A stretch of 64,000 bases of DNA from Gemmatimonadota bacterium (GCA_039588335.1 JBDGZZ010000022.1:1963-65962); one strand, 5' to 3'. Positions 1-9,666 are shown, counted from the stretch's first letter. Made by a program: numbers and translations. The notes: generated by a model not told the origin, from the letters alone.

Positions 1-510
1 AACCACACCGTAGGCGATCGCCGCTCCTACCGGTAGCGGTACATGCCCTCCGGTCACTTGTTCGAAGACTATCCCCGCGCCTCGCATCTGTAAGGCGACG
101 TACGGGATGATGGCAATGACGCTTACAACGCCTGCTACGACCGCTACCCAGCGGCTCTCGAATCGATGGGCCAGCATGGACGCCTGCGTCACATAGCCGT
201 GTTTGCGTCCCAGGCGGGCAGCCCAGGGCCCGATCGCGAAATACGGCGCTACCCCGAGGACGCCATATGCGAGAATGTAGAAGGCCGCAGCCCCACGACT
301 GAATGCCCATCCCGGACCGCCCAGAAAGGCAAAAGCGGAGAACATCGTGGCACCGGTGACGAAGTACATCACCAGCGTGCCGAATCCGCGGTCTCCTGCC
401 ACGTATCCGGCAACGGAATCCGTAGACCGCGAACCCGCTCGAAGGCCTACTGCCAAATTGACGAGCAAGTACAGCATGACGATGAGGACGACTACACGCC
501 AGTCGCTCAC
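1..510 (-). CDS. sodium:solute symporter (SSF) family transporter, N-terminal part; the gene continues past the left edge
   Basis: Reverse-strand reading from GTG at 510 gives VSDWRVVVLIVMLYLLVNLAVGL...GFGTLVMYFVTGATMFSAFAFLGGPGWAFSRGAAAFYILAYGVLG, hydrophobic helices typical of SSF N-termini. The GTG overlaps the stop of the upstream 70-aa ORF (GTGA). It is absent from the ORF track because there is no stop inside the window. Confidence 0.75.
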   Translation of the reverse strand, partial: MSDWRVVVLIVMLYLLVNLAVGLRAGSRSTDSVAGYVAGDRGFGTLVMYFVTGATMFSAFAFLGGPGWAFSRGAAAFYILAYGVLGVAPYFAIGPWAARLGRKHGYVTQASMLAHRFESRWVAVVAGVVSVIAIIPYVALQMRGAGIVFEQVTGGHVPLPVGAAIAYGVV

Positions 511-719
511 TCGCTGTATACCCTATGGAGGAGGATGAAGACCACCAGTGCACCGAGGATCCAGATCAGGTACCATGCGAAAACGAAAGGAACTCCGAAG
601 ACCAGCGGCCTGATCGTGTTGAACGGGCCGATGCCCGGGAAGGTTAGCACTACGGCCATCGCAATGAAGTACACGAAGGCCCCATATGTGACCCAGCGCT
701 TGGATTCCCGTGATGGCAT
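507..719 (-). CDS. small two-helix membrane protein (DUF3311-like) that typically precedes SSF transporters
   Basis: 70 aa with two hydrophobic segments (YGAFVYFIAMAVVLTF, VPFVFAWYLIWILGALVVFILL). Start/stop overlap with the downstream symporter. Confidence 0.6.
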   Translation of the reverse strand: MPSRESKRWVTYGAFVYFIAMAVVLTFPGIGPFNTIRPLVFGVPFVFAWYLIWILGALVVFILLHRVYSE

Positions 720-820
720 TCAACAATCCTACCCTACTCCTCCCAGGTGTCAACAACGTCGGTTAAGTTTCTGGACCTTGACTGTTGCTGGGTAACCAAT
801 CACCACCCGAGAGATTTCAG

Positions 821-2053
821 GTGACAGAATACGATCTACGAGTGAACGCCGACAGATTGAACCGACGGATAGCCGAGTTGGCCGAATTCGGCCAGCTGCC
901 AGGTGGGGGGGTGAGCCGCGTCGCCTTTAGTGAAGCCGATGTCGAAGGTCGGCGCTATGCAATGAGTCTGATGCAGAACGCCGGCCTGAACGTTCGAGTA
1001 GATCCGGCAGGAAACATCTTGGGCCGGCGTGAGGGGGGCGTTGCGGGTGAAGGGGTCATCCTGGTCGGATCGCATATAGATACGGTGCCAGATGGAGGCG
1101 CCTACGACGGTGCTCTGGGGTCACTTGCCGCGATTGAAGTTGCGCACACATTGACGCATGCAGGCTATCGAAATCGGCATCCTCTGGACATCGTCATCTG
1201 GTGTGACGAGGAGAGCGGTCTCACGGGGAGTCGCGGCTTTGTTGGGGAATTGTCAACCGATGACATGAGTCGGCCGGGCAAAGATGGGACGACTCTGGCG
1301 GAAAAGGTACGAAGGATAGGAGGTGACCCGGCCAGGATACACGAAGCTAAGCCGGAACCGGGAAGCATTGCTGCCTATCTGGAATTACACGTGGAGCAGG
1401 GCAGTATCCTCCACAGCGAAGGAATCGACGTAGGGATCGTGCAAGGCTTCGTAGGTGTTCAGCATTACGATGTTGTCATCAAGGGTGTGCCCAACCACGC
1501 GGGTACTACACCCATGGATCGGCGCAGCAACGCCCTCCTTACAGCGTCCGAGTTGGTGCTCGCAGTGGATCGGATCGTCAAATCTACTCCCGGTCGGCAA
1601 GTGGGGACCGTGGGCAGACTCATAGTGCGTCCGGGAGCTGCGAACGTGATTCCCGGCCAGGTCGACTTGACGGTCGAACTCAGAGATATGGACATGACGA
1701 GCCTCCAGCCGATTTGGGAGGCTATAAGCAAAGAGTTGGAAGATCTCTCGGCGAAGCACGACACGACTGTTTCTTACGAGTTGAGACAATCGCTGGAAGG
1801 TACTGTGACCGATCCTGGCCTGCGAGCTGTAATTGCAGAAGTGTCAAAAGACCTCGGGTTATCGAGTACCGAGATGCCGTCCGGCGCCGGTCATGACGCT
1901 CAGAAACTGACAAAGGTATGCTCGGCGGGTATGATATTCGTGCCGTCCGTGGGTGGTGTGAGTCACTCTCCCGACGAATTCACGCGACCGGAAGACGTCG
2001 CGAACGGTGCCAACGTGCTGTTACAGTCGGTTCTGAAGGTTGATATGATGTAG
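821..2053 (+). CDS. M20-family Zn-dependent amidohydrolase (allantoate amidohydrolase / N-carbamoyl-L-amino-acid hydrolase type)
   Basis: 422-aa ORF (track start TTG 785; GTG 821 gives the typical N-terminus TEYDLRVNADRLNRRIAELAEFG). Motifs GSHIDTVPDGGAYDGALG and GAGHDAQ fit the amidase/hydantoinase/carbamoylase family. Confidence 0.85.
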   Translation: MTEYDLRVNADRLNRRIAELAEFGQLPGGGVSRVAFSEADVEGRRYAMSLMQNAGLNVRVDPAGNILGRREGGVAGEGVILVGSHIDTVPDGGAYDGALGSLAAIEVAHTLTHAGYRNRHPLDIVIWCDEESGLTGSRGFVGELSTDDMSRPGKDGTTLAEKVRRIGGDPARIHEAKPEPGSIAAYLELHVEQGSILHSEGIDVGIVQGFVGVQHYDVVIKGVPNHAGTTPMDRRSNALLTASELVLAVDRIVKSTPGRQVGTVGRLIVRPGAANVIPGQVDLTVELRDMDMTSLQPIWEAISKELEDLSAKHDTTVSYELRQSLEGTVTDPGLRAVIAEVSKDLGLSSTEMPSGAGHDAQKLTKVCSAGMIFVPSVGGVSHSPDEFTRPEDVANGANVLLQSVLKVDMM

Positions 2054-2177
2054 TCCCTTCTAGCTAGGAGCCTAGTCTCGGGTTAGTTTCGGGGACGTTA
2101 TGATGCTCAGTCTGATCGCTCATAGCTCGTTCGCAAGCCTTGAATCAGGCAAATAACAATAACTGACGGCACAGCAA

Positions 2178-3419
2178 ATGAATTCGACGGTCGATCATCG
2201 GAAGTTATACCGGGTACCCTGGAATCTATCAGACAACGCCATAGCATGGCTCGAGCCCACGGCCAAGTGCAATCTGGCCTGCGAGGGCTGTTATCGGGCC
2301 AACGTGAATCAACACAAATCGCTGGATGAAGTGGCTGCGGAACTGGATGTGTTTGAACGGTACCGGAACGTGGACGGCGTGTCTATCGCCGGAGGCGATC
2401 CTCTCACGCATCCCAAAGTCGTAGACATAGTGCGAATGGTGGCGGCAAGAGGTTGGAAGCCGATCCTCAACACCAATGGTCTTGCACTCACGTCCGAGTT
2501 GCTGCGCGAACTCAAGACGGTCGGGCTTTCCGGTCTCACGTTCCATATCGATAGCAAGCAGGGCAGGCCCAAGTGGAAGGGGAAGAACGAACAGGAACAC
2601 AATGAGCTGCGACTGCAGTACGCTCAGATGGTGGCGGAGGTCGGGGGACTATCCTGTGCATTCAATTCGACCGTTTATGGAGATACTCTGGATGCCGTTC
2701 CCGATCTAGTGGAATGGGCGCAGAAGCACATAGACATCGTCCATGTTATGGTATTTATCTGCTACCGGGCGGCGATACAGGAAGGCAATTTCGATTACTA
2801 CGCGGGAGGTGAAAAGGTCGACGTCAGCCCACTGGTGTACAGCTATGAGGACGCTCCTCAGCAGATCGACATCTCGGCGCACGATGTCGTGGCCAAGATC
2901 AGAGAGCGTTACCCCGACTACTCTCCGTGTGGCTATTTGAACGGAACGGAGTCGCCCGACTCCTTGAAGTGGCTCTTCGCGCTTCGTTTCGGCACTTCCG
3001 ATAGGGTCTACGGGTATGCCGGGCCGAAGATGATGGAGATGGCGCAGGTTTGGCACCACTTGCGAACCGGTAGGTACATGGCGTACGCCGATCCAAAGGT
3101 GTTGCGTAGAGGCAAGTCGATGATGTGGCTATGGCCGTTCGACAGGGGGGTTAGGCAGACCTTCGCACGTGCAGTGGTCGATCCGAAGATGATGTTCCGC
3201 AGACTGCACACTCAATCGATCATGATCATCCAACCGGTCGATGTGCTGCCTGATGGAAGGCAGAACATGTGTGATGGTTGCCCCGACATAACCGTCTGGG
3301 ACGGAAAGCTGGTTTGGTCTTGCCGGATGGAAGAATGCATAAACTATGGCCAGTTCATGCAGACCGTGCCTAAGGATAGCACAAAAAACAGTACGCAGGT
3401 CGAGTCGTCACTCTCCTGA
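2178..3419 (+). CDS. radical SAM protein with Cys-rich C-terminal extension
   Basis: CNLACEGCY (CxxxCxxC) at the N-terminus, followed by GGDPLTHP and a TIM-barrel-like region. The C-terminus has MCDGCPDITVWDGKLVWSCRMEEC. Confidence 0.85.
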   Translation: MNSTVDHRKLYRVPWNLSDNAIAWLEPTAKCNLACEGCYRANVNQHKSLDEVAAELDVFERYRNVDGVSIAGGDPLTHPKVVDIVRMVAARGWKPILNTNGLALTSELLRELKTVGLSGLTFHIDSKQGRPKWKGKNEQEHNELRLQYAQMVAEVGGLSCAFNSTVYGDTLDAVPDLVEWAQKHIDIVHVMVFICYRAAIQEGNFDYYAGGEKVDVSPLVYSYEDAPQQIDISAHDVVAKIRERYPDYSPCGYLNGTESPDSLKWLFALRFGTSDRVYGYAGPKMMEMAQVWHHLRTGRYMAYADPKVLRRGKSMMWLWPFDRGVRQTFARAVVDPKMMFRRLHTQSIMIIQPVDVLPDGRQNMCDGCPDITVWDGKLVWSCRMEECINYGQFMQTVPKDSTKNSTQVESSLS

Positions 3420-3553
3420 CAATGCCAAGCTCAAAGTGATTGGCGGATGGGCCATGGAAACGTGGCCCATCCGCAGTTACGCCGGTATCGCCGGCGTGCC
3501 CAGCCCCTGTATCAGTTACTTGCCCTGGCACCGCCAGACCGCTATCTCAACCA

Positions 3554-6500
3554 ATGATGGAAATGAAGAAGGGGATCTGCGGGATCTGCCCGGCCGGATG
3601 CTGGGTAGAGGTAGGTGTCGAAGATGGCCGGCTTGTTGGCATAGAAGCTGACACGGGCCATCCACTCGGCATGATCTGCTGGCGTGGTCGCTACGCTCCC
3701 GAGATAGTCCATTCCGAGCATCGTCTGCAGCATCCGATGCGTCGCATCGGTCCCAAGGGGTCCTACGACTTCGAGCGAATCACGTGGGACGAGGCCTACG
3801 ATAGCATTGTCGCCAACCTGAATACGATCAAGCGCGAGTCCGGTCCGGAAGCTGTCGCGATATACACTGGCCGAGGAGCGTTCGAACTTTCGTTGTGTGA
3901 CATGTTTCAGCCGAAGGGAGTAGCGGTCTCTTCGGCTTCCAACGTTCTGTTCCCGTTCGGATCGCCCAACACGATGGGAGTTGGGGCTCTCTGTTACGTC
4001 TCCTTTGCGATGATCGCACCACACGTGACGCTGGGCACGATGTTGGTGAATATGTTCAGCGACATCGAGAATGCTGAGTTGATCGTCGTGTGGGGAGCCA
4101 ATCCCGCAACCGACTCACCGCCGCTGGACATGCATCGATTGGAGGCCGCTGCAAGGCGTGGCGCGCGCGTGGTCGTGATCGATCCACGGAATACTGAAAC
4201 GGTGAAGCGTGTGAACGGCGAGTGGGTGCCCATCCGGCCAGGTAGTGACGGAGCGTTGGCGCTGGGCTTGATCAACGTGATGATCGAAGATGACCTGTAC
4301 GATGAAGATTTCGCGGTACACTGGTGCCACGGCTTCGACGATCTCGCTTCATACGTACAGCACTTCACGCCCGAGGTGGTGCAAGAGGTCACTGGCGTAT
4401 CAGCAGATACGGTGCGCACCCTGGCTCGTGCCATTTGCGCAGCGTCGGGAGCGTGCCCGCTCATGTACACGGGACTGGAGTACTCCAACAGCGGAGTCCA
4501 GGCGATCAGGGCCGTCCAGACTGTGTTTGCCTTGGCCGGGCATTTGGACGTGCCCGGGGGGATAGGGCTGGCAATGCGCGACAGCCATTTCCCAATCAAC
4601 CGGTCATGTAACATCCCCAATCCCAATGTCGATCGCGCCGTAGGGTGTGACGAGTTCCCCATCTACAGCAGCTACCGGGGGGAGTCACACGCACGCGGGC
4701 TGGTGGATTCAGTGCTTCAGGGCAGTCCATATCGCATCCGTGGACTGATCGTTCATGGGGCCTCGCTGCTGACGTCGTGGCCTCAGACGTCGGTTTGGAG
4801 CGACACCTTGCACGGGCTCGACTTTCTCGTCTGCATCGACCGCCAGATGACCGCGGACATGGCTGCAGCGGACATCATCCTTCCTGCCACGACGATGTTT
4901 GAGATCAACTCGTACATGGTCTACGGCCCCATCTTCCGATTGAGGGAGGCGCTGATCGATCCAGTGGGAGAGGCGAGAAACGACTATCTGATCATGGCGG
5001 AGTTGGCCAGGAGGCTGGGTTATGGAGACCGGTTTCCGCAGACTGAGGAAGAGTTGATTCGGTTCGCGTTGGATGGTTCGGGCCATTCGGTGGAGGAAAT
5101 CAGGGAGGCCGGTGGCTGGATCAAGATAGCCACACCGATGATGGAATACCGCAAGTGGGAGAAGGGCGGCCTTCGGGGTGACGGGGAGCCGGGGTTCGAT
5201 ACGCCGACCGGCAGGTTCGAGATACACTCGACGGTGCTGGAGGAGTACGGATACGAGCCGCTCCCGAAGTATGTGGAGCCGACAGAAGGGCCGCTGAACT
5301 CACCGGAGCTTCGTCAACAGTTTCCCCTCGTGTTCAATTCGGGTGCTAGACCGCAGACGGACTTCCGCTCGCAGCATCACGGGATCGATGCGCTGGTCAC
5401 GCATCATCCGGAGCCAACCGTTGAGTTGAATTCCCTGGATGCGGGTACCCGGGACATCCGGTCCGGCGATCTGGTAGAAGTACGGACGGGAAGGGGAGGT
5501 GTGAAGTTCCGTGCCCGGGTAACGGATGACATCGTTCCTGGCGCAGTCGAGTGCAGCATGGGTGGTGGCACGGCGGTCGGACCGAAAGCATGGCGCGAGT
5601 GGAACGTGAACCACCTCACCGACATTGCGAACCGTGATGAGATCAGCGGGTTTCCTGTCTACAAGGCCCTGTTGTGCGACGTGCGCAGGATCGAAAGAGG
5701 AGATTGCGCCACGCGTAATGGAGAACCCACGAGTTCCCTCCCCGAATCGGATGACTGGAGCAAGGCGATCGCAGAGCGAAGGGCACCGCGAAAGAGGATA
5801 TACCTCGATAATAATGCGACGAGCATCATGCCCGAAGCAGTGAGAGAAACGATGCAACCGTATCTGGCGTTTCTTCACGGCAATCCGTCGAGCATACACG
5901 GTGCGGGAAGGGATGCTCGAGCGGCTGTAGAGACGGCTCGCCGCCAGGTGGCAGGCCTGCTCAATTGCCGACCACGACGTGTGGTTTTCACAGGCGGCGG
6001 GTCAGAGTCGGATAACATGGCGCTCAAGGGCGTTGCCCTAGCTCATCGTGATCGCGGCAACCACATCGTCACCACGCGCGTCGAACACCCGGCCGTACTC
6101 GGCGCATGCGGTAGTCTGGAGAGAATGGGATTCCGCGTGACATACCTGCCGGTTGACGAATTCGGCATCGTCGACTCGGCCGATCTGAGTAAGTCGATTA
6201 CCGACAATACGATTCTCGTGTCCGTTATGATGGCAAACAATGAGGTTGGGTCGATACAGCCAATACGCGATCTCTGCGCTATCGCACACGAAAGAGGGGC
6301 CTTGTTTCATACCGATGCGGTACAGGCGGCAGGCAAGATACCTGTGGATGTGAATGAGTTGGATGTGGACCTTCTTACCGTGTCGGCGCACAAGCTTCAC
6401 GGTCCCAAGGGCGTCGGTGCCCTGTACAAGCGCAAGGAGATTCTCCTGGAACCGCTGATACACGGAGGAAAGCAGGAAAGCGGGCTTCGAGCGGGAACCG

Positions 6501-6949
6501 AGAACGTGCCAGCGATCGTTGGCTTTGGCAAGGCGGCTGAAATTGCCCGGCACTCGGTGGACGGTCATGACCGAGTGCAACAGCTTCGAGACTCGTTGGA
6601 ATCAACCATCAGGGAACGGGTACCAGAGGCAAAGCTCAACGGACATCCGGAACATCGCCTACCCAACACACTCAATCTCACTCTGCCCGGACTGCGAGGA
6701 GAGTCACTCGTGGTGGCGCTCGACCAACATGGCATCTCGCTGTCTTCTGGATCGGCGTGCAAGGCTGGATCACCGGACCCCACTCACGTCCTGATCGCCA
6801 TGGGAAAGACGCCGGAAGATGCACACTGTGCGGTGAGGTTCTCACTCTCGCGCTACACAACCGAAGATGAAGTGCGAGAAACCGGACGTGCCCTAGCCAG
6901 CGTGCTGGAGGAGATGGAGACGACGGTTAGGTTCCTACCCTGCAAGTAG
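3554..6949 (+). CDS. fusion protein: molybdopterin (bis-MGD) oxidoreductase N-terminal part plus NifS/IscS-type cysteine desulfurase C-terminal part
   Basis: The track ORF starts at 3440, but the conserved N-terminus MMEMKKGICGICPAGCWVEVG (CxxCxxxC...C 4Fe-4S motif) begins at 3554. A molybdopterin-binding beta-barrel (GDLVEVRTGRGGVKFRARVTDDIVPG) follows. After a ~35-aa linker comes IYLDNNATS...SAHKLHGPKG (PLP Lys)...SSGSACKAG (catalytic Cys). Confidence 0.85.
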   Translation: MMEMKKGICGICPAGCWVEVGVEDGRLVGIEADTGHPLGMICWRGRYAPEIVHSEHRLQHPMRRIGPKGSYDFERITWDEAYDSIVANLNTIKRESGPEAVAIYTGRGAFELSLCDMFQPKGVAVSSASNVLFPFGSPNTMGVGALCYVSFAMIAPHVTLGTMLVNMFSDIENAELIVVWGANPATDSPPLDMHRLEAAARRGARVVVIDPRNTETVKRVNGEWVPIRPGSDGALALGLINVMIEDDLYDEDFAVHWCHGFDDLASYVQHFTPEVVQEVTGVSADTVRTLARAICAASGACPLMYTGLEYSNSGVQAIRAVQTVFALAGHLDVPGGIGLAMRDSHFPINRSCNIPNPNVDRAVGCDEFPIYSSYRGESHARGLVDSVLQGSPYRIRGLIVHGASLLTSWPQTSVWSDTLHGLDFLVCIDRQMTADMAAADIILPATTMFEINSYMVYGPIFRLREALIDPVGEARNDYLIMAELARRLGYGDRFPQTEEELIRFALDGSGHSVEEIREAGGWIKIATPMMEYRKWEKGGLRGDGEPGFDTPTGRFEIHSTVLEEYGYEPLPKYVEPTEGPLNSPELRQQFPLVFNSGARPQTDFRSQHHGIDALVTHHPEPTVELNSLDAGTRDIRSGDLVEVRTGRGGVKFRARVTDDIVPGAVECSMGGGTAVGPKAWREWNVNHLTDIANRDEISGFPVYKALLCDVRRIERGDCATRNGEPTSSLPESDDWSKAIAERRAPRKRIYLDNNATSIMPEAVRETMQPYLAFLHGNPSSIHGAGRDARAAVETARRQVAGLLNCRPRRVVFTGGGSESDNMALKGVALAHRDRGNHIVTTRVEHPAVLGACGSLERMGFRVTYLPVDEFGIVDSADLSKSITDNTILVSVMMANNEVGSIQPIRDLCAIAHERGALFHTDAVQAAGKIPVDVNELDVDLLTVSAHKLHGPKGVGALYKRKEILLEPLIHGGKQESGLRAGTENVPAIVGFGKAAEIARHSVDGHDRVQQLRDSLESTIRERVPEAKLNGHPEHRLPNTLNLTLPGLRGESLVVALDQHGISLSSGSACKAGSPDPTHVLIAMGKTPEDAHCAVRFSLSRYTTEDEVRETGRALASVLEEMETTVRFLPCK

Positions 6950-6960
6950 TCGAGCGGCTG

Positions 6961-7869
6961 CTAGTTCACCGGGCCGCTTGTCTTGGAGTCCGGAGCCAAC
7001 CCCACTTGGGCTCCTGGAAGGATCATTGCCAGGCCTCCGAGAATGGCTGTAGCGCCAATCGCCACCCGCCAACTCAGAGTCTCACCGAGTACGGCCGCTC
7101 CAGCCATCACGGCAACCAGAGGGTGAACCAGGGCCATCGACATCACCTTGGTCACTTGCATGTGTCTGAGTAGCCAATAGAAAAGAAAGAACGCGAGTGC
7201 TGAGCCGAAGAGTGAAAGGTAGGCCAAAGAGGCGATGGCAGAAGGCGTCCAGGAAACTCCTACGGGACCGCCCTCGACTGCTATTCCGACCAGCAATAGA
7301 GTGGAGCCGCCGATCGTCATCTGGTAGCTGGCTATCACCAGCGGGTCGATGTGCGTCCCGCGAGCCTTTATGAGCACCTGTGCCAGCGCCATCGTGGCGG
7401 AGCCGAGTACAAAAGCCAAGCACCCCCATACGGCCAGCGTGCTCTCGGCCTCGAGCTGATCGGCGAAAATCACCGCTACACCGATCAGCCCCAGCAGGGC
7501 ACCTGCGAGCTTGCCCTTGGTCATCGGTTCCCCGGGCAGCCCAATGTGTGCGAACATCAGGGCAAAGAGGGGGACGGTCGAGAACATCACAGCCGTGAGA
7601 CCGGAACTCACGTACTGCTGTCCCCAGAACTGAGCCGAGTATGCAATCCCTATTGTCAGCAGACCCGTTGCTGTCAACAAGCGCCAATCTCTAGAGCTGC
7701 GCGGTAGCGGGACGCGCCTGACAGCAAGCACAACTCCCAGCACGACGGCGGCAACGAGGAATCGGATTCCAGCGAAGGTGATTGGCGGTATTTCGTCCAG
7801 GCCGATGCGTACCGCTAACCAGGTGAGGCCCCACACGACCGACAGCACCAGCCATGCGAGAGCAGCCAC
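6961..7869 (-). CDS. EamA/DMT-family transporter
   Basis: 302 aa, about 10 hydrophobic helices, two EamA-like halves. Confidence 0.85.
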   Translation of the reverse strand: MAALAWLVLSVVWGLTWLAVRIGLDEIPPITFAGIRFLVAAVVLGVVLAVRRVPLPRSSRDWRLLTATGLLTIGIAYSAQFWGQQYVSSGLTAVMFSTVPLFALMFAHIGLPGEPMTKGKLAGALLGLIGVAVIFADQLEAESTLAVWGCLAFVLGSATMALAQVLIKARGTHIDPLVIASYQMTIGGSTLLLVGIAVEGGPVGVSWTPSAIASLAYLSLFGSALAFFLFYWLLRHMQVTKVMSMALVHPLVAVMAGAAVLGETLSWRVAIGATAILGGLAMILPGAQVGLAPDSKTSGPVN

Positions 7870-7923
7870 AGCCGGGCGGCCCTGGGGGCTTAGTCTACTT
7901 GTTATGGGGTTGATGAGTCCGGG

Positions 7924-8559
7924 TCACCGGGATGCCGTCTCCAGATACAGCACAATCCTGGAGTACTGATCCGGAGTCAGGGTCCTCCCGAGCATCGTCT
8001 CCATTCGATCCATCATGCGACGGACCACAGCGATCCAGTCTTCGCTCGAGTGTTGTTGCGGGTCGGGCAGATCGTGGCAACCACTGCAGGTCTCGGCAAA
8101 GAAGTCTCGCCCCGGGCCCTGAGGCAGGTTGGCACTCACCTGAAGTGCGTTGTCGATCAGGTACTGCAGCATGACCTGTCGTTCGGCGGTGGTGGGTATG
8201 GGGACTCCGAACGACTCCGGGATTCCACCTGCTCTCAGCCACATACGGCGAATTGTGCGCGGCCAATCAGTGGTCGAATGAGCTAACGGAGCGGGGAGAT
8301 TGTGACAACTGATGCAGTACTGAACCAGGAACTGAGCCCCTTGCGAATCGGGATCCGGCAGGTCGGTTGGCGAAACTCCGGGTGGAGGAAGTGCAACTTT
8401 AGCCGACGCAAGCAGCAGTTGATCTGCGGGTGCCTGATTTGCTGTGTCTGTTTCCTGTGCTTCCTGGGAGGCCTGAGTGCAGGCTGCAGACATGATGGCG
8501 GCCAACGGTAGCAACGCCATTAGGCATATGTGAACAAGCGACGTAGAACGGTCAAACAT
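7924..8559 (-). CDS. dihaem c-type cytochrome, probable lipoprotein
   Basis: Signal peptide with lipobox-like IMSAAC. Two CxxCH motifs (CISCH, CSGCH) sit in two internally repeated modules. Confidence 0.75.
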   Translation of the reverse strand: MFDRSTSLVHICLMALLPLAAIMSAACTQASQEAQETDTANQAPADQLLLASAKVALPPPGVSPTDLPDPDSQGAQFLVQYCISCHNLPAPLAHSTTDWPRTIRRMWLRAGGIPESFGVPIPTTAERQVMLQYLIDNALQVSANLPQGPGRDFFAETCSGCHDLPDPQQHSSEDWIAVVRRMMDRMETMLGRTLTPDQYSRIVLYLETASR

Positions 8560-8688
8560 GTCTTGTTTCCAGGTCTCGTTCAGGAGGTTAAAAGGGGCCG
8601 AATCGGTTGTAAGAAACGGTCAACTCAGGAGGAATGTCAAGGCGTTGGGCCTGGTGGCGGCCTTGGCACTTACTCCAGCCGGCGGCGT

Positions 8689-9666
8689 TCAGCCTCTCGT
8701 CCCGTCCAGTAAGTACGCCAGTCCGGCGAAAGCGGGCAATGGATGTGTGATCAAGTAAGTCGGGATGGCCTTCATGTATTCGGTGAACCGTCCCTTGTCC
8801 TCGAAGCGAGTACGAAAGCGGGCAGCTTTGAATGCCGATCCCATCTTCGGCACTATGCCACCCGCGATGTAGACGCCTCCACGGGCTCCCAGGGATAGCG
8901 CGAGGTCGGATGCAACCGTGCCCAGCATTTCGCTGAACATGTCGATGGCGTGAGTGCAGGCTGGGCATGTTCCGGAAAGGGCTCGGCGCGTAATGGTTGC
9001 CGGTGTCAGGCGTTCAGATGGCTTCCCCTCCACTGGGGCCAGCGCCGAATACAGATTTACGAGGCCGGGGCCGGAGAGTACGCGTTCTGCGGAGACGTGT
9101 CCCCACTCCCGGCGCATAAAGCCCAAGACTCCCGCTTCGAAATTGTCGAATGCCGGCAGAGTAACGTGCCCGCCTTCGGTGGCCAGTGCTATGCGCCCTG
9201 TCTCGGAAAAAACCAAACATGATACTCCGAGCCCGGTCCCGGGCCCGAGAACCGCCACAGGGGCGGCCGGCACGCGTTTGCCGCGTCCCATTTTCCGTTT
9301 GTCTTCATGCGGGAGATCCGGTATGGCCAAGGCCACTGCCGCAAAGTCGTTGATCACCTCGAGTCGTTCGAGGCGTAGTGCTCTACGAAGTCGCTCGATG
9401 GAAAATGACCACGGGCTGTTGGTGAAATCGATGACGTCGCCATCTATTGGTGAGGCCACGGCAAAGGCAGCTTGATACGGTGCAGGGTCGGGCGTGAAGC
9501 GCTTCAAGTACTCTTTCAAAGCAGTCCCCAGCCCCTTGTAATCTCGACTCCGAAAGACTGCCACGTGCTGTGGTTCTCGCCCTGGCGCCTGCAGGGCGAA
9601 TCGTGCGTTGGTTCCGCCGATATCGGCAAGTAATCGAGGGGCCTTGGGATTCAGTTTCTTCGCCAT
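8689..9666 (-). CDS. glk: glucokinase
   Basis: LLADIGGTNARFAL and GPGTGLGV motifs. ATG at 9666 (MAKKLNPKAPR...) is preferred over the track start at 9798. Confidence 0.9.
   Translation of the reverse strand: MAKKLNPKAPRLLADIGGTNARFALQAPGREPQHVAVFRSRDYKGLGTALKEYLKRFTPDPAPYQAAFAVASPIDGDVIDFTNSPWSFSIERLRRALRLERLEVINDFAAVALAIPDLPHEDKRKMGRGKRVPAAPVAVLGPGTGLGVSCLVFSETGRIALATEGGHVTLPAFDNFEAGVLGFMRREWGHVSAERVLSGPGLVNLYSALAPVEGKPSERLTPATITRRALSGTCPACTHAIDMFSEMLGTVASDLALSLGARGGVYIAGGIVPKMGSAFKAARFRTRFEDKGRFTEYMKAIPTYLITHPLPAFAGLAYLLDGTRG

Noticed and set aside
166-795. 209-aa + strand ORF, plus the nested 63-aa ORF at 347-538, across the first 800 nt
   Set aside because: Composition is Arg/Pro/Gly/Thr-rich. 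The opposite strand encodes clean transmembrane proteins (SSF transporter and DUF3311-like), so this is a high-GC shadow ORF.
3440-3553. N-terminal 38-aa extension of the Mo-oxidoreductase ORF
   Set aside because: The extension is Pro/Ala/Ser-rich and has no signal-peptide character. The conserved family N-terminus (MKKGICGICPAGC) starts at about 3554.
3554-5690. Possible selenocysteine (in-frame TGA) in the molybdoenzyme
   Set aside because: The frame is open throughout with no internal TGA, so there is no basis for a Sec/SECIS call.
7082-7687. 201-aa antisense-frame ORF inside the EamA transporter gene. Similar cases are 20701-21327, 10124-10795, 32842-33528, 33971-34867 and 61025-61642
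   Set aside because: All are Arg/Gly/Pro/Ser-heavy and overlap genes with strong motif support in another frame or strand. These are typical high-GC spurious ORFs.
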